DNA of 64,000 nucleotides, taken from a virus. The stretch is taken from IMG/VR virus record IMGVR_UViG_3300030329_006605, positions 1 to 64,000 of that record; one strand, written 5' to 3'. Positions 26,546 through 36,783 of this stretch are shown piece after piece. Each line of letters starts with the position of its first letter. The stretch's first letter is position 1. The notes beneath the pieces are model-generated. The model searched no databases. It saw nothing but the letters and a program-made list of their open reading frames with translations, and was not told where the DNA came from. Made by a program: the position numbers and the translations under genes.

Positions 26546-26953
26546 TTAACGTCCGTCAGATAAAAGTTTTCTTACTTTTGCGTGAGTGTCCTTCTCGATT
26601 TGTCTTTCAGTTTCTGAAGGTTTTCTAAATTTAGAAACATGTTTCCTAAATTCACTCATTAAAGTCTTGGTAAGTCTATTTCTGTCATCAAGAGGAACAA
26701 CCCCTATTTTTGATGCGTGAGTTTGTAAGTCAGACCTGTTAAACTCATCAAGTTGTCTTTGATATTCTTCCTCGTTTAATGTGCCATACACACTTAATCC
26801 TTCGTCCCCCCAGACCTGATCTAAGGTTGTTGGCTCATATTTTTCCTTTTCTTCTGTTTTGCCGTGGGTTTGTGATAAATTTTTTAAATTACTCTTCTTG
26901 GCAGATTTTTTGGCTGCCGCCTTCTTTGGTTTTGACTGACTTTTCTTCTTCAT
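26546..26953 (-). CDS. Hypothetical protein, K-rich N-terminus
   Basis: 135-aa ORF following the capsid terminator. Confidence 0.65.
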   Translation of the reverse strand: MKKKSQSKPKKAAAKKSAKKSNLKNLSQTHGKTEEKEKYEPTTLDQVWGDEGLSVYGTLNEEEYQRQLDEFNRSDLQTHASKIGVVPLDDRNRLTKTLMSEFRKHVSKFRKPSETERQIEKDTHAKVRKLLSDGR

Positions 26954-26990
26954 ATAGTTTTAGACTCCTTTTGTTATTTAAATATTTAAT

Positions 26991-27018
26991 AAAAAAGGAC
27001 CCGCCCGAAGGCGGGTCC
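26991..27018 (-). terminator. Rho-independent terminator after the major capsid gene
   Basis: 9-bp GGACCCGCC stem, TTCG loop and T6. Confidence 0.9.
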
Positions 27019-27042
27019 AGTGAATTATAGTCTATCTAAGCA

Positions 27043-28230
27043 TTAGTCGCCAAGAATTAGACCAACGATTGCTCTTGAATCGATGCAGATACGTCCCTCT
27101 TCCAAGTAACCGTAAAAACCGGTTTTCTCAGAACGAGTTACCCACTGGTCATCAGGCAATGCGGAGAAGCTTCCACCACTGTCGTGTTGACGGGCAACAG
27201 GACGGATGAAGGATCCACGAGCGTTGTCAATACCAACAACGAGCTCATCATCGGCGTCAGCAAACGCTGCACCAATCGCATTATTACTTCCATCCCAATC
27301 ATGAGTGTTTTGGAAGTTCTCAAAGCCAGTACTACCAGCAACTGTATCAAACAGCTTGTTGTACTTCTTGCCGTGTCCGAACTCAACCATCTCAACGAGG
27401 TTAACACCCCAGATGGAGCTCATTCCTGCGCTTCTGAAAACGTCCGAACGGACATCTTCCGGCAGGGCTTCGCCCGGAGATCCGGTATAGATCGGATTAT
27501 AAGCGAAAGCGCGAACGGCTTCCATCTGCTCAGGAGAGAGATACATATCGGTCATGCCCGTGCTAAACGGAGCAACCGGAGTATTCCCAGAGAAGGATTC
27601 ATTCATTCTCTTATTATGAGTGATCATCTTATTCATCAGATCAACGGTTAGCAAGTTGCTTCCGTTAGTCAAGGCAGAGGTGCTACCAGTTGCAGCAGAG
27701 GTTGTACGCACAGCGTGCCCCAACTTTCTACCGTTCACATTCTCACCACTTAGGCCTTCGGCGAGCGACTTGAGGATAACCGCCCAAGCATTTCTTTCTT
27801 GCTTGATCAGAACCTCTTGAGCCATACGCTCAATAGCTTTGCTTACGACATCAAGACGAGCCCTACGAGCATAGCGCTTTAAGAAACTTACAGCACTATC
27901 CAAACGATAGGTGGCAATCTTGATCTCTTGCATGCCTTCTACGTGCGAGGTGGGAAGACCACCAGCAACGCTTTGACTCCAAACACTTACGTGTCCGGGG
28001 GCGTCTCCATAGTATAGATCCAACGGATAACTTGGAGAATCATCCTCATCGAACTCCGAATCGGAGTAAATCGCAGATGCAGTACCAGCGGTCAAAAGAA
28101 CCTTCTGGATAACTGGTCCGAGAAATGCAGCGAATGCTTCAGAGGCTTCACGAGCCACGGTTTGATCCGAAGATCCCATAGCCTTAATGAGTTCTACCTG
28201 TTCAGGTGTATTTTTTAATTTTAATTTCAT
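27043..28230 (-). CDS. Major capsid protein
   Basis: 395 aa, strong AGGAGA RBS and terminator, downstream of protease and decoration genes. Confidence 0.8.
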   Translation of the reverse strand: MKLKLKNTPEQVELIKAMGSSDQTVAREASEAFAAFLGPVIQKVLLTAGTASAIYSDSEFDEDDSPSYPLDLYYGDAPGHVSVWSQSVAGGLPTSHVEGMQEIKIATYRLDSAVSFLKRYARRARLDVVSKAIERMAQEVLIKQERNAWAVILKSLAEGLSGENVNGRKLGHAVRTTSAATGSTSALTNGSNLLTVDLMNKMITHNKRMNESFSGNTPVAPFSTGMTDMYLSPEQMEAVRAFAYNPIYTGSPGEALPEDVRSDVFRSAGMSSIWGVNLVEMVEFGHGKKYNKLFDTVAGSTGFENFQNTHDWDGSNNAIGAAFADADDELVVGIDNARGSFIRPVARQHDSGGSFSALPDDQWVTRSEKTGFYGYLEEGRICIDSRAIVGLILGD

Positions 28231-28256
28231 TATTATATGTCTCCTATTAATTAGGG

Positions 28257-28862
28257 TTATGCTGCCTCACCTGTAGCATCCCACTGAGCAGTGACATCAA
28301 GATGAATCAACACGTGGTTGTTCGCATCTTTAGCGCCTAGAGCGATAGCTACTGGGCCACCGCCACCGACGGTAACACTAAGCTCACCATCTGCCGCTAC
28401 ATAAAGTGATTGTCCTGCTGATACTGATTCACCGGCCAATGTTGCACCGCTGTAAAGGAAGATTCCCTTAGTAACGATCGGCACTGCCTGTCCACTTAAA
28501 ACGCACTCCATTTCTACAGCCTTTCTGGGGTTGTAGATAAGTTTTTCGCCGTTTTCGTCGGTCTCTCTAACATCGTAGAGAGTCATTCCTAGCGCTCTGT
28601 CAGTTACCGCCGCGGTGTGAACCACCTCAGCTTTAACGCCGTAACGCTGCGAGACTACGTTCGAAATTGAATTCGTGCCTGCGGCACCATTCAGTTCGAT
28701 TCCGTCCTCGTTGCTAGCCTGCCAGCCATTACCGCTTGCCTTTACGAACGTACCTCTGTGAACAGGGATAGTCGCGTCTTCGGACAAACGATAGAGATTG
28801 ATTACGTCATGATCTGAGTAATCTCTGAAAGGCAATAATGTTCTATCAGTTAAGTCTGCCAT
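28257..28862 (-). CDS. Capsid decoration/cement protein
   Basis: 201 aa between scaffold and MCP, with GQAVPIVTKG...AGQSLYV pattern. Confidence 0.6.
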   Translation of the reverse strand: MADLTDRTLLPFRDYSDHDVINLYRLSEDATIPVHRGTFVKASGNGWQASNEDGIELNGAAGTNSISNVVSQRYGVKAEVVHTAAVTDRALGMTLYDVRETDENGEKLIYNPRKAVEMECVLSGQAVPIVTKGIFLYSGATLAGESVSAGQSLYVAADGELSVTVGGGGPVAIALGAKDANNHVLIHLDVTAQWDATGEAA

Positions 28863-28883
28863 AATTATGTCTCCTTAATAATA

Positions 28884-30437
28884 TTATTTTGTAATATCGA
28901 ATTGCTCAATACTAAAAGCGTCTCTGTATCTGTCGTAGACAGTATCTTTAGAGGGCGCGGTTGAGTTGGGAACAGTCTCTTCTTCTTTCTCAGCTGCTTC
29001 AACAGCGGATTCTACAACCTCCTCAGCGCTTTCGGGCTCTGAAGATGCTTTAGTTTCAACTTGTTCTTTTTCTTCAACCTCGGCTTCAGCCTTGGCTTTT
29101 TCTACTTCTGCTACTGACTTATGATTGATAAGTACAGATAATTTTTTAACATAGGCTTCAAAAGCCTCGTTATCCATGTCTTTGATATCAGAGGCAATGA
29201 CTTCACGATCTTCATCGTTCAGAACATAACCTTCATCAACCATAGCCATGCGTTCGTTAAAAGTGGCCTCAGCCTCTCTTGCCGTCTTCTCTTCCTCTAA
29301 AGTAGTAAGGGCAGATTTTAGTTCACCAAGCTCTTTTTCAATTTCCTCATTTTTCTGAGTTAATTCAGCTTGTTTCTGTTCAGAATCCTGAAGTTGAGCT
29401 TCAACAGCTTTTTTATCTTCAGCAAACTTCTCAGAGGCAACTTTCATCTCCTCCTCAATAAATTCAGCGATGACAGAAGCGGACAAAGTCTTTAACGACT
29501 CGTCAGTGATGTCTTTTACTGATGTAAGTTTCATAGTGTTCTCCTTGAGAATTACATTATTTTCTTTATTTTGTGAAATATTATCTAATATTTCTTCATC
29601 CTTGGAGGAGTCTGCCACCAAGGAAATTTTCTCTTTAGCTAGATCATCTAAACAAGGAAGATCTTCTAGCTTTTCTTCAGTAGAAATGGATTTTTCCATA
29701 GTCTTAAGAGTTGCAACGCCTTTAACGTCTGCCGCGGGTGTTTCAGTTAGTCCAATCCCTAGGGGTACCACCTTGTTTATTACCTGTCTATGAATGCAAA
29801 CATTCTCATCCAAGCATCCTTTTCCACCAAAAGCTTTTAAATTATCTTGCATAGCCTCAATTAGAGATTCGTCAGAAATTACTTCTCCATTTTCTGTGTT
29901 TTTCTCACCAAACGGGAGTTTAACTATTTGAAAATCCGAAAAACCTAATTCCCAACTTGCAGAAATTCTCATGAAATTTTCATCAGAAGGATCTCCGCTT
30001 TCTTCAATTAAGTCTGCTAAGTCATTATTTACTACTTTCCAAATTACGCCACCAAGAGCAACGTTAAATGGCTTATCAGAGCCCCTAACCTCTTCTTCTG
30101 TTAAGGGCTTGTCCGTACCAAACTCGCTAAACCCAGCGGTTAAAATACAGCCCACAACCCTTTCTCTTTGGTGCTCTAGATTAATAGGCTTATTAATAAA
30201 GTTTTTATAAGAGGCTAAAGCGGTTTCTGCGTCAATAACATCTCCGTTAAGATTAACCCTGTTGACAACGCAAGCATTGAACGCGATAGGAAGTAAATCT
30301 ATATTTTCGTCTGTGTTTACATTGGGGATAAAATCTCCAATATCTACTAACGAAGCCATAGCAAGATACTGGTCTTTTTCTTCCGAAACCAAAGGTTTAA
30401 CGGTAGAACTAAATATTGTTGTATATTTATACTTCAT
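28884..30437 (-). CDS. Prohead protease fused to coiled-coil scaffold
   Basis: N-terminal NLNGD, KPINLEH and SASWE (His/Ser) protease-like motifs, then an acidic coiled-coil C-terminus. Confidence 0.8.
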   Translation of the reverse strand: MKYKYTTIFSSTVKPLVSEEKDQYLAMASLVDIGDFIPNVNTDENIDLLPIAFNACVVNRVNLNGDVIDAETALASYKNFINKPINLEHQRERVVGCILTAGFSEFGTDKPLTEEEVRGSDKPFNVALGGVIWKVVNNDLADLIEESGDPSDENFMRISASWELGFSDFQIVKLPFGEKNTENGEVISDESLIEAMQDNLKAFGGKGCLDENVCIHRQVINKVVPLGIGLTETPAADVKGVATLKTMEKSISTEEKLEDLPCLDDLAKEKISLVADSSKDEEILDNISQNKENNVILKENTMKLTSVKDITDESLKTLSASVIAEFIEEEMKVASEKFAEDKKAVEAQLQDSEQKQAELTQKNEEIEKELGELKSALTTLEEEKTAREAEATFNERMAMVDEGYVLNDEDREVIASDIKDMDNEAFEAYVKKLSVLINHKSVAEVEKAKAEAEVEEKEQVETKASSEPESAEEVVESAVEAAEKEEETVPNSTAPSKDTVYDRYRDAFSIEQFDITK

Positions 30438-31102
30438 TAGTCCTCCTTTTCCTCACTGATCTCATTGACCTTTCTCCAGAGTTCGCCATAGCTACCGGGC
30501 CTCCCATGAGGATGCCAGCGGCCTTTTTTGTGGCTATCGCTTTTCTCGACCTTTTTTAAATCTCCGTTTTCATCCCTATATTCTCCCTTTTTAGTTTCCC
30601 TCTTTTTGGCTTTTTTCTTTGGGGAGCCGTCTTTTTTCTTGGGAACCTCTTCGCTCGCTACGGAATATCGAGGGGGATGGTCCACCTCTTTTAGCTCAAC
30701 GGCTCCGGGGTGATCGGACATATCAAATAAAGATTTTAATCCCTCTACTTCCCAAACGCGCCCACGATAAGCTAATTTATAAACGTATTTAACCCCTTCT
30801 CCCTCTTGCGAGGCTACTGCGTCCTCAGCGTTTTCTAATGCAGGATATCGTTTAAGAATTCTAGAAGCACTATCAAAATTGAGAAATTCCCCCTTTTCTA
30901 CACCCCAATCGAACCCAAGTTCTTTCAAGAAGGATTCGAGCATTTCTTTGCTCGACACAAGAATTTTCATGAATTCGCCGCCGTCTGTTTTTGCGAAAAG
31001 CGCATAACCCTCCCCACAGGGAAAGGGTTTGTAAAGAGTATCTCTCTCTTTTTGTTGTACTATATATTTTGAAAAATCAATATCCATAATGTTTACTCCC
31101 AT
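30437..31102 (-). CDS. Hypothetical protein
   Basis: 221-aa ORF abutting the protease gene. Confidence 0.6.
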   Translation of the reverse strand: MGVNIMDIDFSKYIVQQKERDTLYKPFPCGEGYALFAKTDGGEFMKILVSSKEMLESFLKELGFDWGVEKGEFLNFDSASRILKRYPALENAEDAVASQEGEGVKYVYKLAYRGRVWEVEGLKSLFDMSDHPGAVELKEVDHPPRYSVASEEVPKKKDGSPKKKAKKRETKKGEYRDENGDLKKVEKSDSHKKGRWHPHGRPGSYGELWRKVNEISEEKED

Positions 31103-31614
31103 TCGAAACTTACTTTTTTGTATTCTAAGTATATCTCATCTAAACTAGAAAAAGAATAATTTAAATTATACTTAGAAACATCTTCTTCTGCCATCTTATA
31201 ATCTTGTTCAGTAGGAAACCATTCCTCTGTAAGATCTAAAAAATTACTAATTGAAGTCTTTTCTTGTAACTCAAAATCTAATCCATCCATTTTACCCGAG
31301 GTCGGTTGTTCAGATTCTATTGAGATTTTTCTTCCGGATTTATAAGCAAGGTACATATTGACCCTTGCTAGCCCCCAAAGATTTAAAGACCCCATTGGGT
31401 CTTTGGCTGCTTCAAATTGCTTTGCTCCTTGAATGTATACTTTCTTTAATTGTTGAAGAGTTGACCTATTAGATGGATTTTCTTTGTTGTGGTTTTTGAA
31501 CTTGTCCTCAAGGGCAGCAACCAATCTTAAAGAGAAATGCACAGCATTATCTTCCTCTTTCGAGGAATTATCCTGTTCCACATTCTCTATATTTTCTTTT
31601 TTCAAATTTTCCAT
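31093..31614 (-). CDS. Hypothetical protein (WGLARVN motif)
   Basis: 173-aa ORF in the head cluster. Confidence 0.6.
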   Translation of the reverse strand: MENLKKENIENVEQDNSSKEEDNAVHFSLRLVAALEDKFKNHNKENPSNRSTLQQLKKVYIQGAKQFEAAKDPMGSLNLWGLARVNMYLAYKSGRKISIESEQPTSGKMDGLDFELQEKTSISNFLDLTEEWFPTEQDYKMAEEDVSKYNLNYSFSSLDEIYLEYKKVSFEWE

Positions 31615-31695
31615 GAAAAGACCTCAACAAAGTGTACAAGAAATTTTACACTTTTCTAGCGCTTTTTACCTATTTTTTTTTATTAAAAAATATTC

Positions 31696-32208
31696 TTACC
31701 TTTTCAATAAATATATTGTTTTCAAAACCGTGTCTTTTCCAAAAAATCTCATAATATTATTACTAGTTGGATAAGTTATCCAATGATAATTTAGTGTTCC
31801 CCTTTGATGTATTAATACAACAGCTACGTCTCCGCTCTTTAACTGGTCCATGTCTTTAATAATTTCTATTTTAACGCCCCTGTCTGTAAAGTATTTCTTA
31901 ACTTCGCAGGGGAATGTTATTTTTTTGCTGTCGTACACAAACAAGGACATTACGTCTCGTGTTATGGTTGAGCATTTATTTTTCCGCCTTAATTCTCTAC
32001 TAATCTCTGTTCTTGACTCGGACTGAATATTATAACCCCTCAGGTTTAATTCAAATATTGCGTCGTTTATTGCATCTGGCCCACAACTCATAATATGCTG
32101 GTATTCGTTGTAGTTTCTTGTGTGTTCTGTGCTTTTTAGTGCGCCGCAACCCACCATAAACAAAGTTAAAATAAAGATTAAAGTGTTCTTAATAAAAAAT
32201 AGCATCAA
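31696..32208 (-). CDS. Putative C39-like cysteine peptidase with lipoprotein-like signal
   Basis: Hydrophobic N-terminus ending MVGC, plus QHIMSCGP (Cys) and YHWI (His). Confidence 0.6.
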   Translation of the reverse strand: MMLFFIKNTLIFILTLFMVGCGALKSTEHTRNYNEYQHIMSCGPDAINDAIFELNLRGYNIQSESRTEISRELRRKNKCSTITRDVMSLFVYDSKKITFPCEVKKYFTDRGVKIEIIKDMDQLKSGDVAVVLIHQRGTLNYHWITYPTSNNIMRFFGKDTVLKTIYLLKR

Positions 32209-32236
32209 TAATGATTACACTATTTTTTTAATTAAG

Positions 32237-33502
32237 TTATTTATTCATTGTATCCATCATACCCTTTTTGAACGCTTCGAATACCATCTCTTCTCTTTTT
32301 AATGCTCTTTCATATTCTTGTTTCCTTTGTTCGAGCTCTTCTCTGGCAGATTGCCAAGTCCTTAGAAGATGTTCCATTGCTGGAACCGGTAATTCAAATT
32401 TAGCGACTTCAGAACTTGGTTCTGGCACGGTATTTTCGTTAGTGTTCGTTGCTTGTTCTGCTATTTCAGCCACCGCTGTTATTTTGTCTCGTGAATCTTT
32501 ATAATATAAATGGTCTATATAATTTTTAAAATATTGACTTATTAAATGTCCTTGAGGATTAGTCTTATAAAAAGGCTTGTGTTCCGTAGCTTCGGCATTA
32601 AACCTGTCTTGATTTAAAGCGAATATAGCGGGATATTCAATAAACTTTAGACACTCCAGAGAAGAAGGGTCAAAGACTTGTTTGTATTTTTTTAGGCAAT
32701 GATCGCCAGAATACAATAGTTTTACAGACTGATCGATAAAACCAATTTTGAGTTTTGATTCTAATAATGAAGAATTATAGCTTGTGATATTATAATAAAG
32801 CTCCAAATTATGATCTTTATATAACTCCAGCAATTCGGAGTCTGATTCAGCCAAATTATTTACAGCGGATAAAAATGTTAATGCATCTCCGGAATCAGAA
32901 AAATCTAAATCAAAAAGACCATGCTCCTTAAAGAAGGATCTTTTTACTCCCCATCCGCCACCAAGGTGATAGTCATCCCTTAGCTCTTTTGAGCTTTTTC
33001 CAGCCAAGTGCCCCTTTGCTCCGCCCTCTTGTTCAATAGAAACTTTTTCTTTCTCGTCAAGACTTAAGAATCTACTTCCGATTTGAACTAGATCATTTTT
33101 GTCTAGCATCTTTTCCATATCAGATAACCAATTATCATTTTCTGGAAGAACATTATTATCTAGCCACACTATTTTTGTGTATTCGGAAGGCACAAAGTAA
33201 TCTACCATTACATTTATCATATTTTCCCTGCACCCGAATGGTGCACCAATATCTAAAGCAAAATAATTATCTCCACCCACTATTTCGTTTAGCTGTGGTG
33301 GATCATGAGCCGCTTCTTGCCCGGGCTGAACATCATGAACCCTGTCGGACAATATTTCCCCGACATAAATTGGGTAACCTGAATCTTTGAGTTTAGAATA
33401 GAATTTCTTAAAATTCTCTACAAGCTTCTCGTTTTTTGCAAAATCAGAGAAGCACGTAACTACAGCTAATTTACCTTTTTCCTTAGTTTTCCTTTTTGCC
33501 AT
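32237..33502 (-). CDS. Glycosyltransferase-like protein with C-terminal coiled coil
   Basis: RENMIN, KIVWLDNN, GGGWG and SGDAL resemble GT-A motifs, but DxD is degenerate. Confidence 0.55.
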   Translation of the reverse strand: MAKRKTKEKGKLAVVTCFSDFAKNEKLVENFKKFYSKLKDSGYPIYVGEILSDRVHDVQPGQEAAHDPPQLNEIVGGDNYFALDIGAPFGCRENMINVMVDYFVPSEYTKIVWLDNNVLPENDNWLSDMEKMLDKNDLVQIGSRFLSLDEKEKVSIEQEGGAKGHLAGKSSKELRDDYHLGGGWGVKRSFFKEHGLFDLDFSDSGDALTFLSAVNNLAESDSELLELYKDHNLELYYNITSYNSSLLESKLKIGFIDQSVKLLYSGDHCLKKYKQVFDPSSLECLKFIEYPAIFALNQDRFNAEATEHKPFYKTNPQGHLISQYFKNYIDHLYYKDSRDKITAVAEIAEQATNTNENTVPEPSSEVAKFELPVPAMEHLLRTWQSAREELEQRKQEYERALKREEMVFEAFKKGMMDTMNK

Positions 33503-33529
33503 ATTTTCCTCCGCTAATATATAAATATA

Positions 33530-34717
33530 TTAACGTATATCACCAGCTTGTCTAAGTTGTTTTATTTTTAATAGTGGTTTTTCTAACCCTCCAACCATGG
33601 TGAATATATTTAAATTATTTTGGTCACCGCTGTATACGCCGATATGCACAGTGCTGTTAGGCCTTAATATTCTAGATAGCTGAGAGAATGCGCTATCAAG
33701 GTGAGATTGAGGCACATTATCTAAAACGCTGGAGTGACCGATAGCTATAATCCCCGCGCATGATCCACTTGAAAAATCTATGCCATCACATAAAGAATTA
33801 TTTTTAATATTTTCCCTTACGACCCTAGAGATGCAAACTGGATCTTTCCAATCTTTAACAGGAGAAGCGCTTAAGGTTACTAAGCCTGAATTTAATACCT
33901 GCATATAATCTTTAGAATCAAATGAAGAATAACTACTATCCTTAGTTGCTGTTAAATTATATAGATGAAACAAACCTACCAAAGATGAGTTCGCCGCCTC
34001 CCAGAACTTAGAAACAGATAGATTGGGGTATAGTTTAGAAATTTTTTCATTATCAATTAATAAAAGCGTAGAAACTTTACCGGTCCTTGTTAGGTTAGAA
34101 ATGTCTTCTAAAGTCTGAGCAGCATTAGCGTTAACCTTCTTGCCTTCTGAAGCCTTCGGTAAAGCTAAAATAACACCAACCCCAGCGTTTTTGTTCGGGT
34201 TAATCATCTGTTGTAATTCGTGCGCTGTATCGATAAGAGGAAGTAATGCTCCTGCGCCGGTCCCGCCACCAGCAGAAGCACAAATGAATATTTTATCAAA
34301 AGTTTCCCCAAAAGAATATCTAAGAAAATCTAAAACATCATCTTTTCTTTTATTAAACAATGCATTTGATAAGTCTTTATTTTTCCCAACTCCCCCGTCA
34401 CCAAAGCATAGTTTATTTTCTAAATCTAATGTGTTCAAATCCTGCTCGGCGGTATTTATTGCCGCAATCCTATTATATCCAAGCTTTTTAAAAGCATGAG
34501 CTAATCTTCCTCCGGCTTGACCACAACCTACAAAAGAAAATTTAAAAGCTACATCTACATCATCTTCGATTTCCTTGTTGTAGATTTTATCTACCACATT
34601 CTCTTCTTGCGAATCGGGAGGTAAGAGTAAACCCTCTGGCATAGATAAGTCTGCCGATGGTTCTTCCCCATACAATGATTTGATTTGCTCTTCGTTTTCA
34701 TTATTAAGTTCTTCCAT
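33530..34717 (-). CDS. Tubulin/FtsZ-family GTPase
   Basis: VGCGQAGGR, AINTA..DL, signature AGGGTGAG, LLIDNEK and FDSKD. Confidence 0.9.
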   Translation of the reverse strand: MEELNNENEEQIKSLYGEEPSADLSMPEGLLLPPDSQEENVVDKIYNKEIEDDVDVAFKFSFVGCGQAGGRLAHAFKKLGYNRIAAINTAEQDLNTLDLENKLCFGDGGVGKNKDLSNALFNKRKDDVLDFLRYSFGETFDKIFICASAGGGTGAGALLPLIDTAHELQQMINPNKNAGVGVILALPKASEGKKVNANAAQTLEDISNLTRTGKVSTLLLIDNEKISKLYPNLSVSKFWEAANSSLVGLFHLYNLTATKDSSYSSFDSKDYMQVLNSGLVTLSASPVKDWKDPVCISRVVRENIKNNSLCDGIDFSSGSCAGIIAIGHSSVLDNVPQSHLDSAFSQLSRILRPNSTVHIGVYSGDQNNLNIFTMVGGLEKPLLKIKQLRQAGDIR

Positions 34718-34720
34718 AAT

Positions 34721-36739
34721 TTATTCCTTTTCTTTTATTACACTGTGATATAAGATTCCAGCTAAATAATCCCCTAGTTGGTGTTCGTACGCAACAGCCC
34801 TTATCTCTTCGACTTGATCGTGATTCTTGTCGATAGGTTTTTCGCAGTATTCATTTACCGCCCCAACCCAAGCCTCAGGCTTTTCGTTAGCTATGATTAC
34901 ATTGCTAATCTGCTCTGCGACTTCTTTTTGTTTTTTTGTAAGCCTTTTAACCTTGTGTTTCTTTCTTAAATGAGAAGCCACTTCTGTCTCCAACTTTTGA
35001 GCTTTTAGCATATTTTCTTTTACCAAATCAAAACTGAAGGATCTTTCGGAAGCGCCGACAGGAGAAGCTTCTTTTGTGGTCTGTGGAGAATTAGTCCCCG
35101 GAGGCCTACCAGTATTTGGTTTAGTGGTTGAACTGTCTTTTGGTTTTTTGTCTGTATTTTTCTTGGGGGCGGGAGCCTCTTTCTTTTGTAGCTCTGGATG
35201 AACAACTTCTTGCGGTTCCCAGCTTTCCATAGACGGATTATCTATTGGCTGTCCACCAACCAAAGGAAAATAAAGACCGTCATCCCTGTCGCTAATGTAT
35301 TTTCTCTGACTATCCATTGAAGCTTCTTTATCGGGTAATCTGTTAGTGTCTAACGCTTCGAATAATTCTTCCGGAGTTAAGAGGCCCAATTCAGCCATCC
35401 GCGTGTAAACTCTATATTTTTGAGTATTGTCTCTTAGATTAATTTCCGTGAACTTGGGGGTAGGATAATTTTTAAAACCTATTTCTTTTGCAACTCTTTT
35501 AATCTCTGGAATTAAAAAGTCGTTCAAGAACGTCTTTCTAGCTTGTCTAAGTCTAGCGATAAAGACTTCAACCTTAGCCTGATGATTTGCAAATTTTTCT
35601 CCAGAACCCCCGACTCCAGTAAGAATATTATTTAACCCGGCGTTAATATCTTTATTTACTTGTTCGTATTTTTTGGGGTCAAGTATGTCGGATATTTGAG
35701 GTATAACGAATTGAGCCTTGGTTGTGTAGTCTGCAATTAAGACTCTGCCAACAGATTGATTTTCAAAAAGCTTTTGCATTTCTTGAAGATTCTTCTGGTT
35801 AACTCCACCCTTGTCTGGTTCTGCACCCATGGTGACTAAAAGTATTGCTTGTTGAACGGTTCTGGCAATAGCCATATCCATTTTCTTTAACTCCGCTTTG
35901 TGATTTAAGTCTTCTAAAACCGGATACCCCATAGGAACAGCGAATGGTTCATAATCCATTTTCTTATAAAAAATTGTGCTTACCTTGTCATGATGCAAGG
36001 TCATCCTTAACTCTTGCATAGAAGGATTGTTTTTAAGTTGTTTTTTGGTTTCAGGATCTAAGCCCTCTATAACCCTAAAGTCTTCGTCTGTCTTTGGGTT
36101 TTTAAGTCTTTCTAATTCGAAGTCTGAAAGAATTTTAAAATATTTTCCCTCGTTAAAACTTAGAGTTCCAGAGACTTGCACATCTGCGGGGTTTAATATG
36201 ATATATCTAAATGGTATCTCTTTCTTGCCTCCTTTTGCTCCAAAAGTTTGATTTATTCTTTTTAAATCTGAAGCTTTTAATTTCGCATCAAACCTATAGA
36301 CAAAAACGTTTCCGCTTCTGTAATACTCCCTAAAAAATTTATCCATCAGTTCGTATACATTTATTTTTTTAAATAGAGCCTCAAAGAAAGACCTAGACTT
36401 CTTGCTTCCGCCCTCATAATAAAGATCGGTGCAGGTAAATTCCGTCATTACGTCAATCGTATTTCTAAAAATTGAAAAATTATAATAAGCTTTCTGACAG
36501 AGGATGACCGCGTCTCTAACAGAAATTGCAGACTTATTTTTTACCGATCCATATTTAAAGGGTACTAGACCTTGATCAATATGCACATACTTATCAGTCC
36601 TTTCTATTGTCGCAGACTTATTTCTCCGTGTGGGGGTTGCTGCGGCAGCTATGGATTCGGATAAAGTGGACATTAAAGGTTGTCCAGTAGCATCAGGCTT
36701 CTTTCTTCTTGCTGTTGTTTTTTTTGGTTTTTCGGTCAT
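34721..36739 (-). CDS. Portal protein
   Basis: 672 aa directly after TerL, with FFREYYRSGNVF and helical composition. Confidence 0.8.
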   Translation of the reverse strand: MTEKPKKTTARRKKPDATGQPLMSTLSESIAAAATPTRRNKSATIERTDKYVHIDQGLVPFKYGSVKNKSAISVRDAVILCQKAYYNFSIFRNTIDVMTEFTCTDLYYEGGSKKSRSFFEALFKKINVYELMDKFFREYYRSGNVFVYRFDAKLKASDLKRINQTFGAKGGKKEIPFRYIILNPADVQVSGTLSFNEGKYFKILSDFELERLKNPKTDEDFRVIEGLDPETKKQLKNNPSMQELRMTLHHDKVSTIFYKKMDYEPFAVPMGYPVLEDLNHKAELKKMDMAIARTVQQAILLVTMGAEPDKGGVNQKNLQEMQKLFENQSVGRVLIADYTTKAQFVIPQISDILDPKKYEQVNKDINAGLNNILTGVGGSGEKFANHQAKVEVFIARLRQARKTFLNDFLIPEIKRVAKEIGFKNYPTPKFTEINLRDNTQKYRVYTRMAELGLLTPEELFEALDTNRLPDKEASMDSQRKYISDRDDGLYFPLVGGQPIDNPSMESWEPQEVVHPELQKKEAPAPKKNTDKKPKDSSTTKPNTGRPPGTNSPQTTKEASPVGASERSFSFDLVKENMLKAQKLETEVASHLRKKHKVKRLTKKQKEVAEQISNVIIANEKPEAWVGAVNEYCEKPIDKNHDQVEEIRAVAYEHQLGDYLAGILYHSVIKEKE

Positions 36740-36783
36740 TTTCGTTTTTTGGTTTTTTTTAGCTTATTTTAGCTTATTTTAGA

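Noticed and set aside
30319-30339. GDFIPNV in the protease N-terminus as another copy of the TMP motif
   Set aside because: Only a partial match (spacing and terminal F differ), so it could be chance.
36756-36783. Short TTTTAGCTTA tandem between TerL and portal
   Set aside because: Only two to three copies in T-rich spacer DNA, with no supportable function.
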